From assembly GCF_041248615.1 (NCBI RefSeq), contig NZ_CP158426.1: a stretch of 64,000 nucleotides of DNA; one strand, 5' to 3'. This DNA comes from Escherichia coli. GTDB taxonomy: Bacteria > Pseudomonadota > Gammaproteobacteria > Enterobacterales > Enterobacteriaceae. Both the position numbers and the translations under genes were made by a program. Of the stretch, positions 46,266 through 57,187 are shown in pieces; position 1 is the stretch's first letter, and each line of letters begins with the position of its first letter. A model generated the notes under the pieces. That model did not search any database, was not told the origin of the DNA, and saw nothing but the letters and a program-made list of their open reading frames with translations.

Positions 46266-46609
46266 TCCCGTTACCTTCCGGGACCAAAATTTGGCTGGTT
46301 GCCGGTATCACCGATATGAGAAATGGCTTCAACGGCCTGGCTGCGAAAGTACAGACGGCGCTGAAAGACGATCCCATATCCGGCCATGTTTTCATTTTCC
46401 GGGGCCGCAGCGGCAGTCAGGTTAAACTGCTGTGGTCCACCGGTGACGGGCTGTGCCTCCTGACCAAGCGGCTGGAGCGTGGGCGCTTCGCCTGGCCGTC
46501 AGCCCGTGATGGCAAAGTGTTCCTTACGCAGGCGCAGCTGGCGATGCTGCTGGAAGGTATCGACTGGCGACAGCCTAAGCGGCTGCTGACCTCCCTGACC
46601 ATGCTGTAA
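46262..46609 (+). CDS. IS66-family OrfB (TnpB)
   Basis: 115-aa ORF, paralogous to 48328-48678; overlaps orfA by 4 bp. Confidence 0.75.
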   Translation: MIPLPSGTKIWLVAGITDMRNGFNGLAAKVQTALKDDPISGHVFIFRGRSGSQVKLLWSTGDGLCLLTKRLERGRFAWPSARDGKVFLTQAQLAMLLEGIDWRQPKRLLTSLTML

Positions 46610-46704
46610 ATCTCTTTATCCTGGTTGTCACAGAATAAGCCCGGTAAAATACGGGCTTATGAACGACATCTCTTGTAAGCGTCAACGGAGCACCGTATTG
46701 ACGC

Positions 46705-48297
46705 TTATTTATTGGTGAGTACTACGTTCCATGGCAGGAGTTCGTCAACACAGTTGGAGGGCCATTCCGGCAGTACGCTCAGAATATGGCGCAGATACGC
46801 TTCCGGATCGATACCGTTCAGACGGCAGGTGCCGATCAGCCCGTACAGCAGTGCTCCACGCTCGCCGCCGTGATCGCTACCGAAGAACACGTAATTTTTC
46901 TTTCCGAGACAGACTGCACGAAGCGCTCTTTCCGCTGTGTTATTGTCCGCTTCTGCCAAACCATCATCACTGTAATAACAGAGGGCGTCCCACTGATTCA
47001 GTACATAGCTGAACGCTTCGCCCAGTCTGGATTTTTTCGACAGCGTGCCATTCTTCTCCACCATCCATTCATGCAGCGACGTCAGTAACGCTTTGCTTCG
47101 CTGCTGCCTGGCTGCAAGACGCTCTGACTCTGGTAATCCCCGTATTTCATCCTCGATGGCGTACAGTTCACTGATTCGCTTCAGGGCTTCTTCTGCCGTC
47201 GCACTTTTGCTGCTGATGTATACATCGTGGATTTTTCGCCGGGCATGGGCCCAGCACGCAACTTCTGTCAGTGCACCACCTTCACGTTCTGCACTGAACA
47301 ACCTGTCGTAACCTGTGAACGCATCCGCCTGCAGGATACCCCGGAAGGGGCGAAGGTGTTGCTCCGGGTGTTTCCCCTGCCGGTTCGGCGAGTACGCGAA
47401 CCAGACCGCTGGAGGAGATGACGAACCCACATTGCGATCATCCCGGACATACGTCCAGATACACCCTGTTTTCGCCTTTTTCTGACCCGGTGCCAGTACC
47501 TTTACCGGTGTGTCATCAGTGTGAACCTTGCGGGTATTCATTACATAACGGTACAGGGCATCATTCACCGGTGTCATTAACTGGCAGCACGCGTCAACCC
47601 AGTTGGAGAGTAAGGCCCGGCTCAGTTCGACACCCTGGCGGGCAAAGATTTCACTCTGACGATACAGTGGCAGATGTTCGCAGTATTTTCCCGTTAACAC
47701 GCGGGCAAGTAATCCGGGGCCCGCGATACCACGCTCTATCGGGCGGGACGGCGCCGGTGCTTCAACAATACAGTCACATTTTGTACAGGCTTTTTTTACC
47801 CGTTCTGTGCGGATCACTTTCAGGGCACTGCTCACCAGTTCCAGCTGTTCAGCGCTGACTTCCCCCAGATAATCCAGCTCACCGCCACACTCCGGGCAAC
47901 AGCTTTCTTCTGGCTCCAGGCGGTGTATTTCACGGGGAAGGTGTGCCGGTAACGGACGACGATGGCGCGACTGTCGCAACTGGCGGGGAACCTGAGGATC
48001 GTCTTCCCGCCCACTGTAACGATCGCTGTCCTGTTCACGTTGTTTCAGCAGAGCCTCAGCCAGTTCAACTTCACGACGCAGTTTTTCAGAACGGGTACCG
48101 AACAGCATCCGGTGCAGTTTTTCTATCTGAGCCCGCAGATGTTCTATTTCCCGTTCATCTTCTTCGATCTTTTCTTCGGCACGTGCCAGTGCAGAGCGCA
48201 GGAAGGCCTCCGTCTCTTCAACCAGACTCAGTTGCTGGTCTTTCTGACGGAGCTGGCTTTCCAGTTCTGCAATGCGAATGAGGTATTTCTGACTCAT
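46705..48297 (-). CDS. IS66-family transposase OrfC (TnpC)
   Basis: 530 aa; N-terminal leucine zipper/coiled coil, CPECGG zinc-finger motif, DDE core. Confidence 0.85.
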   Translation of the reverse strand: MSQKYLIRIAELESQLRQKDQQLSLVEETEAFLRSALARAEEKIEEDEREIEHLRAQIEKLHRMLFGTRSEKLRREVELAEALLKQREQDSDRYSGREDDPQVPRQLRQSRHRRPLPAHLPREIHRLEPEESCCPECGGELDYLGEVSAEQLELVSSALKVIRTERVKKACTKCDCIVEAPAPSRPIERGIAGPGLLARVLTGKYCEHLPLYRQSEIFARQGVELSRALLSNWVDACCQLMTPVNDALYRYVMNTRKVHTDDTPVKVLAPGQKKAKTGCIWTYVRDDRNVGSSSPPAVWFAYSPNRQGKHPEQHLRPFRGILQADAFTGYDRLFSAEREGGALTEVACWAHARRKIHDVYISSKSATAEEALKRISELYAIEDEIRGLPESERLAARQQRSKALLTSLHEWMVEKNGTLSKKSRLGEAFSYVLNQWDALCYYSDDGLAEADNNTAERALRAVCLGKKNYVFFGSDHGGERGALLYGLIGTCRLNGIDPEAYLRHILSVLPEWPSNCVDELLPWNVVLTNK

Positions 48298-48327
48298 GGC
48301 CGTTTTTATAATGCGGCCAGGCGTTTT

Positions 48328-48678
48328 TTACAACATTGTCAGTGCGTTAAGGCGGAATGTTTTTGGCTGACGCCAGTCCAGCTTATCGAGGAGCATTGCC
48401 AGTTGCGAGCGGGTAATGGATACCTTGCCGTCACGTACCGCAGGCCAGATAAACTGGCCTTCCTCCAGGCGTTTGGTGAACAGGCACAGACCATCAGCAT
48501 CAGCCCAAAGAATTTTAACGGTGTCACCCCGTCGGCCACGGAAGATAAACAGGTGACCGGAGAAGGGATTATCATTCAGCACATGTTGTACCTGTTCTCC
48601 CAGTCCGTTGAAGGATTTACGCATATCGGTAACGCCGGCAACGAGCCAGATACGGGTACCTGATGGGAGTGAGATCAT
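48328..48678 (-). CDS. IS66-family OrfB (TnpB)
   Basis: 116 aa, typical IS66 OrfB. Confidence 0.8.
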   Translation of the reverse strand: MISLPSGTRIWLVAGVTDMRKSFNGLGEQVQHVLNDNPFSGHLFIFRGRRGDTVKILWADADGLCLFTKRLEEGQFIWPAVRDGKVSITRSQLAMLLDKLDWRQPKTFRLNALTML

Positions 48679-49100
48679 CTTCCCCTCCCGGTCAGTTCAC
48701 GGATCAACACCGTGAGCAGCTCTGGCGATGGATTTTCCAGCGTCATGTTACCGTGACGGAATTCCACCTTGCAGGAACTGGCACTGACTCTGGTCTGAGT
48801 GGAAGTGGATAAAGACGGCGCAATGGCCGCCACAGGTTCTTTCTGCTCATCCGGCGTTATTTCTACAGGTAATAATTCAACGCCAGTGTCAGAAGAGGTC
48901 GTTACCGGAAGACGCCGCGAAACACGCCCTTCGTTCTGCCAGAGCCTGAGCCATTTGAAAATAACATTATCATTGACGCCATTTTCACGTGCAATCTGTG
49001 CAACACAAGCTCCAGGTTGTGATGCCAGTTCCACCATACGAAGTTTGAATTCATTCGAATAGTTTTTACGAGGTTCTTTTCGCCAGTCCTGTAATTCCAT
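48675..49100 (-). CDS. IS66-family OrfA (TnpA)
   Basis: 141 aa, typical IS66 OrfA; overlaps orfB by 4 bp. Confidence 0.8.
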   Translation of the reverse strand: MELQDWRKEPRKNYSNEFKLRMVELASQPGACVAQIARENGVNDNVIFKWLRLWQNEGRVSRRLPVTTSSDTGVELLPVEITPDEQKEPVAAIAPSLSTSTQTRVSASSCKVEFRHGNMTLENPSPELLTVLIRELTGRGR

Positions 49101-49269
49101 ACTTAGATGTCCGTCTATATCAGATGGGCGTCTAAGTTACCAATTCTCGTCTGATGGCTACATACGGCGGTCAGTTTACGCTTACCTTTATCCCGACAGA
49201 CGACGTATATTTACCAGTAAGGCCAACCCGGTTGCGCCCTTTGAACCAGAAGTCAAACGTCAGGCTGTC

Positions 49270-50421
49270 ATGGCACTCTGTACACGACAAGTATCAGCCA
49301 GTGAAATCGCCAGGCGTATTGGTGTCAGTCGTGCGGTATTGTATAAATGGAAAGATAAAATTATCGGCAACAGTGCTTACCAGACTATGCGTAAACATAA
49401 CGAACCTTCCCTGGAGGCAGAACGCGATGCGTTGCGGGAGGAAGTCGCCCGACTGAATCAGGAAATACGCCGCCGGCAGATGGAGCTGGATATTCTGAAA
49501 AAGGCGGAGGAAATCATAAAAAAAGACCCGGGCATCAGTATCAGTCACCTGAACAACAGAGAGAAAACGAAGATCGCTGATGCCCTGAGACAAACATATC
49601 CCCTGACAGAATTACTGCATGTTCTGGGCCTTGCCCGTAGCAGTTATTTTTATCACCGGGCTGCACTGAAAGCCGGTGATAAATACGCCACGATACGTAC
49701 GATGCTGACAGATATATTTAACAGTAATTACCAGTGTTATGGCTATCGTCGCCTGCATGCGATGCTCAGGCATGAGGGGGGGCGGCTATCAGAAAAGGTT
49801 GTACGCAGACTTATGGTGGAAGAACAGCTTGTCGTCAGCCGTAACCGTCGTCGCCGCTACAGCTCATATTGCGGAGAAATCGGACCGGCTCCGGATAACC
49901 TTATCGCCAGAGATTTTAAGGCGGAGCAACCTAATCAGAAATGGCTGACAGATATCACGGAGTTCCACCTCCCTGCAGGTAAAGTCTGGCTATCATCGGT
50001 GGTGGACTGCTTCGATGGAAAAGTTGTGAGCTGGTCTCTCAGTACACGCCCCGATGCTGAACTGGTCAACACTATGCTGGATAGCGCTGTCGAAACGTTA
50101 AATGCTGGCGAACGACCGGTGATACACAGTGACAGAGGTGGGCATTATCGCTGGTCAGGCTGGCTGGAAAGAGTGAATGCAGAAGGTCTTATTCGCTCAA
50201 TGTCCCGCAAAGGATGTTCACCTGATAATGCGGCATGCGAAGGCTTTTTCGGCAGACTGAAAACGGAAATGTATCATGGGCGTAAATGGTCGGGCATCAC
50301 GCCAGAAAAGTTCATGCAGCAAGTGGATACTTACATCAGATGGTATAACGAGCGGCGTATAAAATTATCGCCGGGTGCAGTCAGCCCCAAAATGTACCGC
50401 CAACAATGCGGGCTGGAATGA
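49270..50421 (+). CDS. IS3-family transposase (fused OrfAB-type; 5' end abutted by the IS66-family element)
   Basis: HTH N-terminus, DDE core and C-terminal SPDNAACEGFFGRLKTE motif; the frame is open upstream into the IS66 terminal repeat, implying 5' truncation. Confidence 0.7.
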   Translation: MALCTRQVSASEIARRIGVSRAVLYKWKDKIIGNSAYQTMRKHNEPSLEAERDALREEVARLNQEIRRRQMELDILKKAEEIIKKDPGISISHLNNREKTKIADALRQTYPLTELLHVLGLARSSYFYHRAALKAGDKYATIRTMLTDIFNSNYQCYGYRRLHAMLRHEGGRLSEKVVRRLMVEEQLVVSRNRRRRYSSYCGEIGPAPDNLIARDFKAEQPNQKWLTDITEFHLPAGKVWLSSVVDCFDGKVVSWSLSTRPDAELVNTMLDSAVETLNAGERPVIHSDRGGHYRWSGWLERVNAEGLIRSMSRKGCSPDNAACEGFFGRLKTEMYHGRKWSGITPEKFMQQVDTYIRWYNERRIKLSPGAVSPKMYRQQCGLE

Positions 50422-51312
50422 TAAAGCAGTCCAGGAAATCGTCCGCATCCCCAGAACGGTCAAACATCGTGGCGTTGACAACGGGTTCCTGAGTCCGGTG
50501 AAGCGCCGGTTACTGGAAAATGTTGTGTACGTCATAACAGAAACGGAGAGAAAAACGGCGATGCAAATCAGGCGGAGAAGGGTGTATCAGCGGTTACTGA
50601 AGGTTGACCCGCTGAAGTGCATCCTGTGCGGAGGTCAGATGCGGTTTACGGGGCTGAAGCGGGGCTACCGTCTGGCAGAGCTGGTCATGATGCATGAGCC
50701 ACTGGCACGACAGCGGGTATACAGCTGAGAGCCGCAGAGGGGAAGTTGCGTCCATTTTTTGAGGAATGGAGCAAAAAATCATCACAGATATAAAAAATCA
50801 ATCAATGAAAGCCATTTAATTGCCGGTGCATTGTGGATGCAGTCCTCATGGTACGTAACCAGAGTTGAATAAACATCCATTTTTTTGTGTTTTTTTAACC
50901 TCCCCGGGTTTTTAATTCCTGTCGATTAAAAGTGTTAGATTATTTGGTTAAGAGTTCTCTCGTCCTATTTATTCAGGCGTTATCACGGATATGCAGATCG
51001 CTAAGTCAGTTGTAAGAAAACCAGACAGTGCACATCATTATACCTAGGTCTTCTCTGGAAAAATACTTAGGAATAATTTATGTAAAACAGGTTGTCGTCT
51101 TCATGATTTAAACGCAGTACATATATATACTCTATAATAAATACAGGGAGTATCACGAGACGTCTGGATAAGAGGAATAACCAGAATAAATTGGTAAGGA
51201 ATAAAGACACTTATTTCTATTGAGAAAAAACATTCATCCTGATGTGATTAGTATCAATGAAATAATGTGCTTGTATGGTTGATAAAAAATGCATCACTAA
51301 AGAAAAAACAGT

Positions 51313-54300
51313 ATGAATAAGAATATACGAATTTTACAATTTCTGGTCAGTATACTTTATTCTGTGCAGTCTCATTTTTCTGGTGCGCAAACAATACAAC
51401 TGAATGGTAATGGTATACCTGAAAGTATAACCAGGAGTATTACAGGTGTTGATGGAAACGCGGCGCTTAATATCAGCGTGCCGTATAAAACAAGTTATAC
51501 TCAAAATATACTATCTGTTGAAAGCAGTATTAACATCAAAGGAGGAACAAGCAATACATCAATCGGTGGTGCAGGTGTCTACGGTGAAAACTTTACGCTA
51601 AATAATAATGGTAGTGTTTGGGGAGGAGATGGATATAATGGTGGAATTGCTGTTAGTGGCAACAAAATATCTATAAACAATTACAGAAATGTATATGGGG
51701 GTAATGGTCTTGGTGGCTCAGGAAGTAGCGGAGGTGCAGGGTTAAGCGGGGATGATATTATAGTTGATAATTACAGAAGTATATACGGAGGTGATGATGT
51801 AGGTGGGACAGGTGGTTCCGGTGTAACCGGTAGCAATATTACAGTGCATAATTCCGGAGGAATATTGGGCGGTAATGGCGTAAACGGTGGTGATGGTATT
51901 AATGGTAGTAATCTTTTCATTACTAACGACAACATGATATCTGGAGGATATGGAATAAAACAAGGGGGAGATGCTATTTCTGGAAATCAAATCACTTTGA
52001 ATAATAACGGTATTGTTCAGGGGGGATATGGCCCCGACGGTGGTTGCTCTGTTTATGGAGAAGATATCCATATTAATAATCATGGTAATCTTTCAGGATT
52101 ATATAATAGCCAAAAAGATGCTTATAATACATCAATAATTTTTTCTGGCGGGTATAATTCATTAGATATTTATTCAGATTCTGTGATTAATGGTGATATT
52201 AAACTAGCTAGTATACCTGTTAATGGTACAAATGAATTAATTATTAAAAACATCAATAACGCAACAGCAATTAATGGTGGGCTAATGATTGGGAATGGCT
52301 CATCTGTTTATCTGTCAGGCAAGAACTCCATTTTTAACGGAAATATAAGTATTGATGAAGACGCATCTATGAACCTGTCTGTAGGAAATGCTAATGTTCA
52401 CGCAAATACTATTACATTAAAAAGTGATTCATGGCTTAATATAGACACATCAATTAAGAACTGGACTCAGGACTATTACACATTATTGTCGTCAGACACA
52501 GGTATCTCGATCGCTGATAATAGTCACATTGTACAATACAATGTATTACTGACAGAAGGTGCTGAAAGTTATGTTTATACGTCTTTAAATGACGACGATA
52601 ACAAACTGATATCCATGCTGAGATGGAATAATACAAAAGGGATGGGATATGGAACCTTTAATATAGAAAAAGATGCCACTCTGAACATAGGCGTTTCTCT
52701 TTCCGATAATCTTTCACCTTTATTATATGATGGCTGGGACGGCAAAAGTCTGACAAAATCAGGTAATGGTACTCTTATACTTTCTGCAACAAACAATTAT
52801 ACAGGAAATACAGAGGTTAAATCTGGCGTATTAATTCTTGCTGCACCTGATGCTCTTGGTCGGACTGAGTATTTATATTTATCCCGTGGCGCAGAACTGG
52901 ATATGAATGGGTATCCTCAGACAATAAGCAAACTACTGACGGCTGCAGGCTCTGTGCTGAACATTCATGGCGGAAGTCTGATACTGAATAATGGAGGAGA
53001 ATCTGCAGGTACTATTGCAGGGGATGGTTCTCTGAACATAAATGGGGGAATGCTTGATATAACGGGTAATAATCGTAATTTTTCCGGTGTTTTTACCGTG
53101 AATAAGGGGGCTCATTTGGCTGTATCCACGGCTGATAATCTGGGGACAGCCTTTGTTGATAACTATGGCACATTAACTCTGAACAGTACATCAGCATGGC
53201 AGCTTACCAACAATATCAGTGGTTATGGTAATGTTCGCAAGACGGGAGCAGGTGCACTGAACATTAGCGATAACGCAAAATGGACCGGGATGACAGATAT
53301 TATTCAGGGGACAGTGATACTGGGGAACGCAGATTCACCGGTGATGCTCGGCAGTAACCAGGTCATTGTTGAAGAGCAGGGCAAACTCTCCGGGTTTGGG
53401 GGCGTTGCAGGAAATCTGAGCAATAGTGGTATAGTCGATCTCACTACATATATGCCGGGTAATATACTGACTGTCGGAGGGAATTACACTGGCAGAAATG
53501 GACTTATTCTCCTCCAGACAGAAACAGGTGGTGACAATTCGAAAACAGATCGTCTGGTGATTAAAGGTAATGCCAGTGGCCGTACCCGTGTCGCTGTTAC
53601 TCAGGCCGGTGGTACTGGTGCAGAGACACTTAATGGGATTGAAGTGATTCACGTCAGTGGCAATGCTGATAATGCTGAATTCATTCAGACGGAACGTATT
53701 ACAGCCGGAGCTTATGATTACATACTGAAACGTGGTCAGGGGATTAACAGCACTAACTGGTATCTGATTAGCAGAAAAGACATTCCTGTACCACAACCTG
53801 AAGCTGTACCGGAAAGCCATGATAATAATTTGCGTCCTGAGGCAGGTAGCTATGTTGCCAGTATTGCTGCTGCAAATAATCTGTTTGTAACGAATCTGTA
53901 TGAACGACAGGGACAGGAGTTGTATATCAGCCACATGACAGGAGAAGAAAATGAAGCAGGTATCTGGATGTATAATAAAGGAAAACATAATCGCTGGCGT
54001 GACAACAGTAGTCAGCTGAGAACCCGGGGGAATAGCTACGTTGTGTTAATAGGGGGAGATATAGCTCAGTGGAGCCTGAATGGTACCGATCGCTGGCATA
54101 CAGGTATGATGGCTGGCTATGGTCATAATAATAACAGTACGAATGCCCTGAGCACCGGATACCATTCGGAAGGAAGAATGAATGGATACACAGCGGGTCT
54201 TTATGCAACATGGTATGCCAATGATGAAACACACAATGGTTCTTATCTTGATAGCTGGCTGCAATACAGCTGGTTTGATAATCATATAAATGGAGAACGG

Positions 54301-54810
54301 CTGCCTGCTGAGTCATGGAAGTCAAAAGGGTTTACGGTATCTCTGGAAGCAGGATATTCATGGAAGGCTGGAGAGTTTACCGACAATTACAAGGGAAGTC
54401 ATGAATGGTATGTTCAGCCGCAGCTTCAGGTTGTCCGGATGAATGTAAAATCAGACAAATATCATGAAAGTAACGGAACCAGTATTGAAAATACCGGTAA
54501 CGGAAATATTCTCACCCGCCTGGGAGCAAGAACATGGCTTACCAGCAAAAACGGTAAAAATACGCGGTATGCGGTTCCGTTCAGACCATTTGTGGAGGCA
54601 CACTGGTTGCACAATAGTCGTGTTTTCGGCACCAGTATGAATGGTGTAAGTATATACCAGGATGGTGCGCGTGATATCGGAGAAATAAATGGTGGTGTTG
54701 TGGGAATGATAACACCAGAAGTAGCATTCCGGGCTGATGCAGGCATTCAACTTGGAGAACATGGATACCATAATACATCTGCCATGTTGAGTGTGGAATA
54801 TCGTTTCTGA
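51313..54810 (+). CDS. Classical (type Va) autotransporter with glycine-rich beta-helical passenger domain
   Basis: 1165 aa; signal peptide; long passenger with repeated GG.G..G motifs; C-terminal beta-barrel translocator ending ...SVEYRF; low GC. Confidence 0.85.
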   Translation: MNKNIRILQFLVSILYSVQSHFSGAQTIQLNGNGIPESITRSITGVDGNAALNISVPYKTSYTQNILSVESSINIKGGTSNTSIGGAGVYGENFTLNNNGSVWGGDGYNGGIAVSGNKISINNYRNVYGGNGLGGSGSSGGAGLSGDDIIVDNYRSIYGGDDVGGTGGSGVTGSNITVHNSGGILGGNGVNGGDGINGSNLFITNDNMISGGYGIKQGGDAISGNQITLNNNGIVQGGYGPDGGCSVYGEDIHINNHGNLSGLYNSQKDAYNTSIIFSGGYNSLDIYSDSVINGDIKLASIPVNGTNELIIKNINNATAINGGLMIGNGSSVYLSGKNSIFNGNISIDEDASMNLSVGNANVHANTITLKSDSWLNIDTSIKNWTQDYYTLLSSDTGISIADNSHIVQYNVLLTEGAESYVYTSLNDDDNKLISMLRWNNTKGMGYGTFNIEKDATLNIGVSLSDNLSPLLYDGWDGKSLTKSGNGTLILSATNNYTGNTEVKSGVLILAAPDALGRTEYLYLSRGAELDMNGYPQTISKLLTAAGSVLNIHGGSLILNNGGESAGTIAGDGSLNINGGMLDITGNNRNFSGVFTVNKGAHLAVSTADNLGTAFVDNYGTLTLNSTSAWQLTNNISGYGNVRKTGAGALNISDNAKWTGMTDIIQGTVILGNADSPVMLGSNQVIVEEQGKLSGFGGVAGNLSNSGIVDLTTYMPGNILTVGGNYTGRNGLILLQTETGGDNSKTDRLVIKGNASGRTRVAVTQAGGTGAETLNGIEVIHVSGNADNAEFIQTERITAGAYDYILKRGQGINSTNWYLISRKDIPVPQPEAVPESHDNNLRPEAGSYVASIAAANNLFVTNLYERQGQELYISHMTGEENEAGIWMYNKGKHNRWRDNSSQLRTRGNSYVVLIGGDIAQWSLNGTDRWHTGMMAGYGHNNNSTNALSTGYHSEGRMNGYTAGLYATWYANDETHNGSYLDSWLQYSWFDNHINGERLPAESWKSKGFTVSLEAGYSWKAGEFTDNYKGSHEWYVQPQLQVVRMNVKSDKYHESNGTSIENTGNGNILTRLGARTWLTSKNGKNTRYAVPFRPFVEAHWLHNSRVFGTSMNGVSIYQDGARDIGEINGGVVGMITPEVAFRADAGIQLGEHGYHNTSAMLSVEYRF

Positions 54811-54831
54811 TGTGTCGGTAATGACTCCAAC

Positions 54832-55335
54832 TTATTGATAGTGTTTTATGTTCAGATAATGCCCGATGACTTTGTCATGCAGCTCCACCGATTTTGAGAA
54901 CGACAGCGACTTCCGTCCCAGCCGTGCCAGGTGCTGCCTCAGATTCAGGTTATGCCGCTCAATTCGCTGCGTATATCGCTTGCTGATTACGTGCAGCTTT
55001 CCCTTCAGGCGGGATTCATACAGCGGCCAGCCATCCGTCATCCATATCACCACGTCAAAGGGTGACAGCAGGCTCATAAGACGCCCCAGCATCGCCATAG
55101 TGCGTTCACCGAATACGTGCGCAACAACCGTCTTCCGGAGCCTGTCATACGCGTAAAACAGCCAGCGCTGGCGCGATTTAGCCCCGACATAGCCCCACTG
55201 TTCGTCCATTTCCGCGCAGACGATGACGTCACTGCCCGGCTGTATGCGCGAGGTTACCGACTGCGGCCTGAGTTTTTTAAGTGACGTAAAATCGTGTTGA
55301 GGCCAACGCCCATAATGCGGGCTGTTGCCCGGCAT
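54832..55335 (-). CDS. insB: IS1 InsB
   Basis: 167 aa matching IS1 InsB. Confidence 0.9.
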
Positions 55336-55529
55336 CCAACGCCATTCATGGCCATATCAATGATTTTCTGGTGCGTACCGGGTTGAGAAGCGGTGTAAGT
55401 GAACTGCAGTTGCCATGTTTTACGGCAGTGAGAGCAGAGATAGCGCTGATGTCCGGCGGTGCTTTTGCCGTTACGCACCACCCCGTCAGTAGCTGAACAG
55501 GAGGGACAGCTGATAGAAACAGAAGCCAC
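55254..55529 (-). CDS. insA: IS1 InsA
   Basis: 91 aa matching IS1 InsA ([23 protein letters not shown]...). Confidence 0.9.
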
Positions 55530-56002
55530 TGGAGCACCTCAAAAACACCATCATACACTAAATCAGTAAGTTGGCAGCATCACCCGTTCATTTTCTGAGC
55601 CTGTAAAACATGTGGTGATATAGTCTGAGAGCATAAAAGTTGAGATTCTGTGTATCAAGTCCTGTCTTGGCACCGAATGAATATTGCTTACGAAGCCCCT
55701 TCATGCTTTCCTTGAGAACAATAATTTTATCTTTATGTGAATCTCATTTTTTATAATGATGTCAGATGATTGAAATGCTAAATTATATCTGAATCAACTT
55801 TTCCTTTGCTAAAGGTATAGAAATAACTGCAAGGCTGTATTTTGTAATTGCCAATTTAAAAATGTCAATTTGTTTTTAATTATGTTTTTGTAATAAGTTT
55901 GAAGACACAAAAAAATAATATAATAACAAAAATCCTCCAGCCTTGTAGGCCAGAGGATAAAATACTTAATTGAGGAAAACATCAGGGAAAAGTATTTCTG
56001 AC

Positions 56003-57187
56003 TTAACTTTCCCGGCTGGAGAGTGAATCAATGTAATCAGCGTACCATTGCATCATTTCACGGCGGCCATCGAGATACAGGGCATGATTATAGGTACCCC
56101 TGATGGAATTTTTATCCACATGAGCTAACTGCATTTCAATCCAGGCGGAGTTAAAGCCTTGTTCATGCAGAATTGTACTCATGGTGTGTCTGAAACCATG
56201 CCCTGTGAGTCTTCCCTTATATCCAAGTAATTCAATTACTTGGTTAATGCTTTCCTTACTAATTGGTTTGCGGGGATCATTTCTACCGATAAAGACTAGG
56301 GGATGATGTTTTGAGATTGGTTCAAGCTGCTTAAATAGCATAATAACCTGCTCAGAGAGCGGCACAATATGAGGTCGCTTCATCTTCATTACTTCTGCCG
56401 GGATCTCCCACAATTTTGTCTCAAAATCGATATCTTCCCAGCGTGCAAAACGCAGTTCTTGTGTTCGTACGCCGGTTAACATAATGATCTGAGTAGCTGT
56501 CTTAGTGATTATACTTCCGGTATAACCCGCCAGATCGTTGAGGAAGTGGGGAAGTTCATTAGCAGTAAGAAAGGGAAAATGTACTTTTTTCGGTGTAGCT
56601 AAAGCACTGGCAAGATCGGGGGCTGGGTTATAGTCTGCCCGGCCAGTAACAATTGCATAGCGGAACACCTCACCACAGCGCTGGCGTACCTTGCGCATTT
56701 TCTCCAGAGCTCCACGTTTTTCCATTTTACGCAGTGCTTCCAGTAACTCCATTGGTTTGATTTCGGCAATAGGGCGCTTGCCAATGTAGGGAAAAATGTC
56801 TTTTTCAAAGGTATCAATGATTTCATCACGATAGCGTAATGACCACCGATCGGCTTTTGACTGGTGCCATTCGCGAGCAATAGCCTCGAACGTATTTTTC
56901 AGACTTATTTGCTGCGCGATTTTTTCTTCCTTTTTTGCCTCCCCTGGATCGCCTCCAGCAGCGAGGAGTTTCCTGGCTTCACTGCGTTTCTCGCGAGCAT
57001 CGGCTAGCGTTACATCGGGGTATACGCCAATAGAAAGCATCTTTTCTTTACCAGCAAAGCGGTACTTCATGCGCCAGTATTTAGAACCATTAGTGTTAAT
57101 CAGTAGATACATACCGCCGCCATCAGCAAGCTTATAGGGTTTGTCTTTGGGTTTTGCGGTTTTCACTTTGATATCGGTTAATGCCAT
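56003..57187 (-). CDS. P4-type tyrosine integrase (selC-associated)
   Basis: 394 aa; N-terminal MALTDIKVK...; C-terminal catalytic region with R...HGFRHT...Y; lies 300 bp from the selC 3' end. Confidence 0.9.
   Translation of the reverse strand: MALTDIKVKTAKPKDKPYKLADGGGMYLLINTNGSKYWRMKYRFAGKEKMLSIGVYPDVTLADAREKRSEARKLLAAGGDPGEAKKEEKIAQQISLKNTFEAIAREWHQSKADRWSLRYRDEIIDTFEKDIFPYIGKRPIAEIKPMELLEALRKMEKRGALEKMRKVRQRCGEVFRYAIVTGRADYNPAPDLASALATPKKVHFPFLTANELPHFLNDLAGYTGSIITKTATQIIMLTGVRTQELRFARWEDIDFETKLWEIPAEVMKMKRPHIVPLSEQVIMLFKQLEPISKHHPLVFIGRNDPRKPISKESINQVIELLGYKGRLTGHGFRHTMSTILHEQGFNSAWIEMQLAHVDKNSIRGTYNHALYLDGRREMMQWYADYIDSLSSRES

Larger units (their letters stand above)
45720..46674 (+). 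mobile_element. IS66-family partial element (terminal-repeat debris, orfA, orfB; orfC missing)
   Basis: GTAAGCG-type terminal repeats at 45720 and 45788; orfA and orfB present in IS66 order; truncated by the adjacent complete IS66-family element. Confidence 0.6.
46675..49185 (-). mobile_element. IS66-family insertion sequence, complete (orfA-orfB-orfC), ~2.5 kb
   Basis: Terminal repeats GTAAGCG... at both ends (46675 and 49185); three ORFs in canonical order. Confidence 0.8.
54817..55584 (-). mobile_element. IS1 (768 bp)
   Basis: Termini GGTAATGACTCCAACTTATTGAT...ATCAGTAAGTTGGCAGCATCACC; insA/insB with A6C frameshift site; no flanking 8-9 bp direct repeat. Confidence 0.95.

Noticed and set aside
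47962-48663. 233-aa plus-strand ORF and other plus-strand ORFs from 46731 to 48281
   Set aside because: Antisense shadows inside the IS66-family orfC/orfB.
53335-54325. Minus-strand ORFs of 217 and 132 aa
   Set aside because: Antisense to the autotransporter gene; low-complexity translations.
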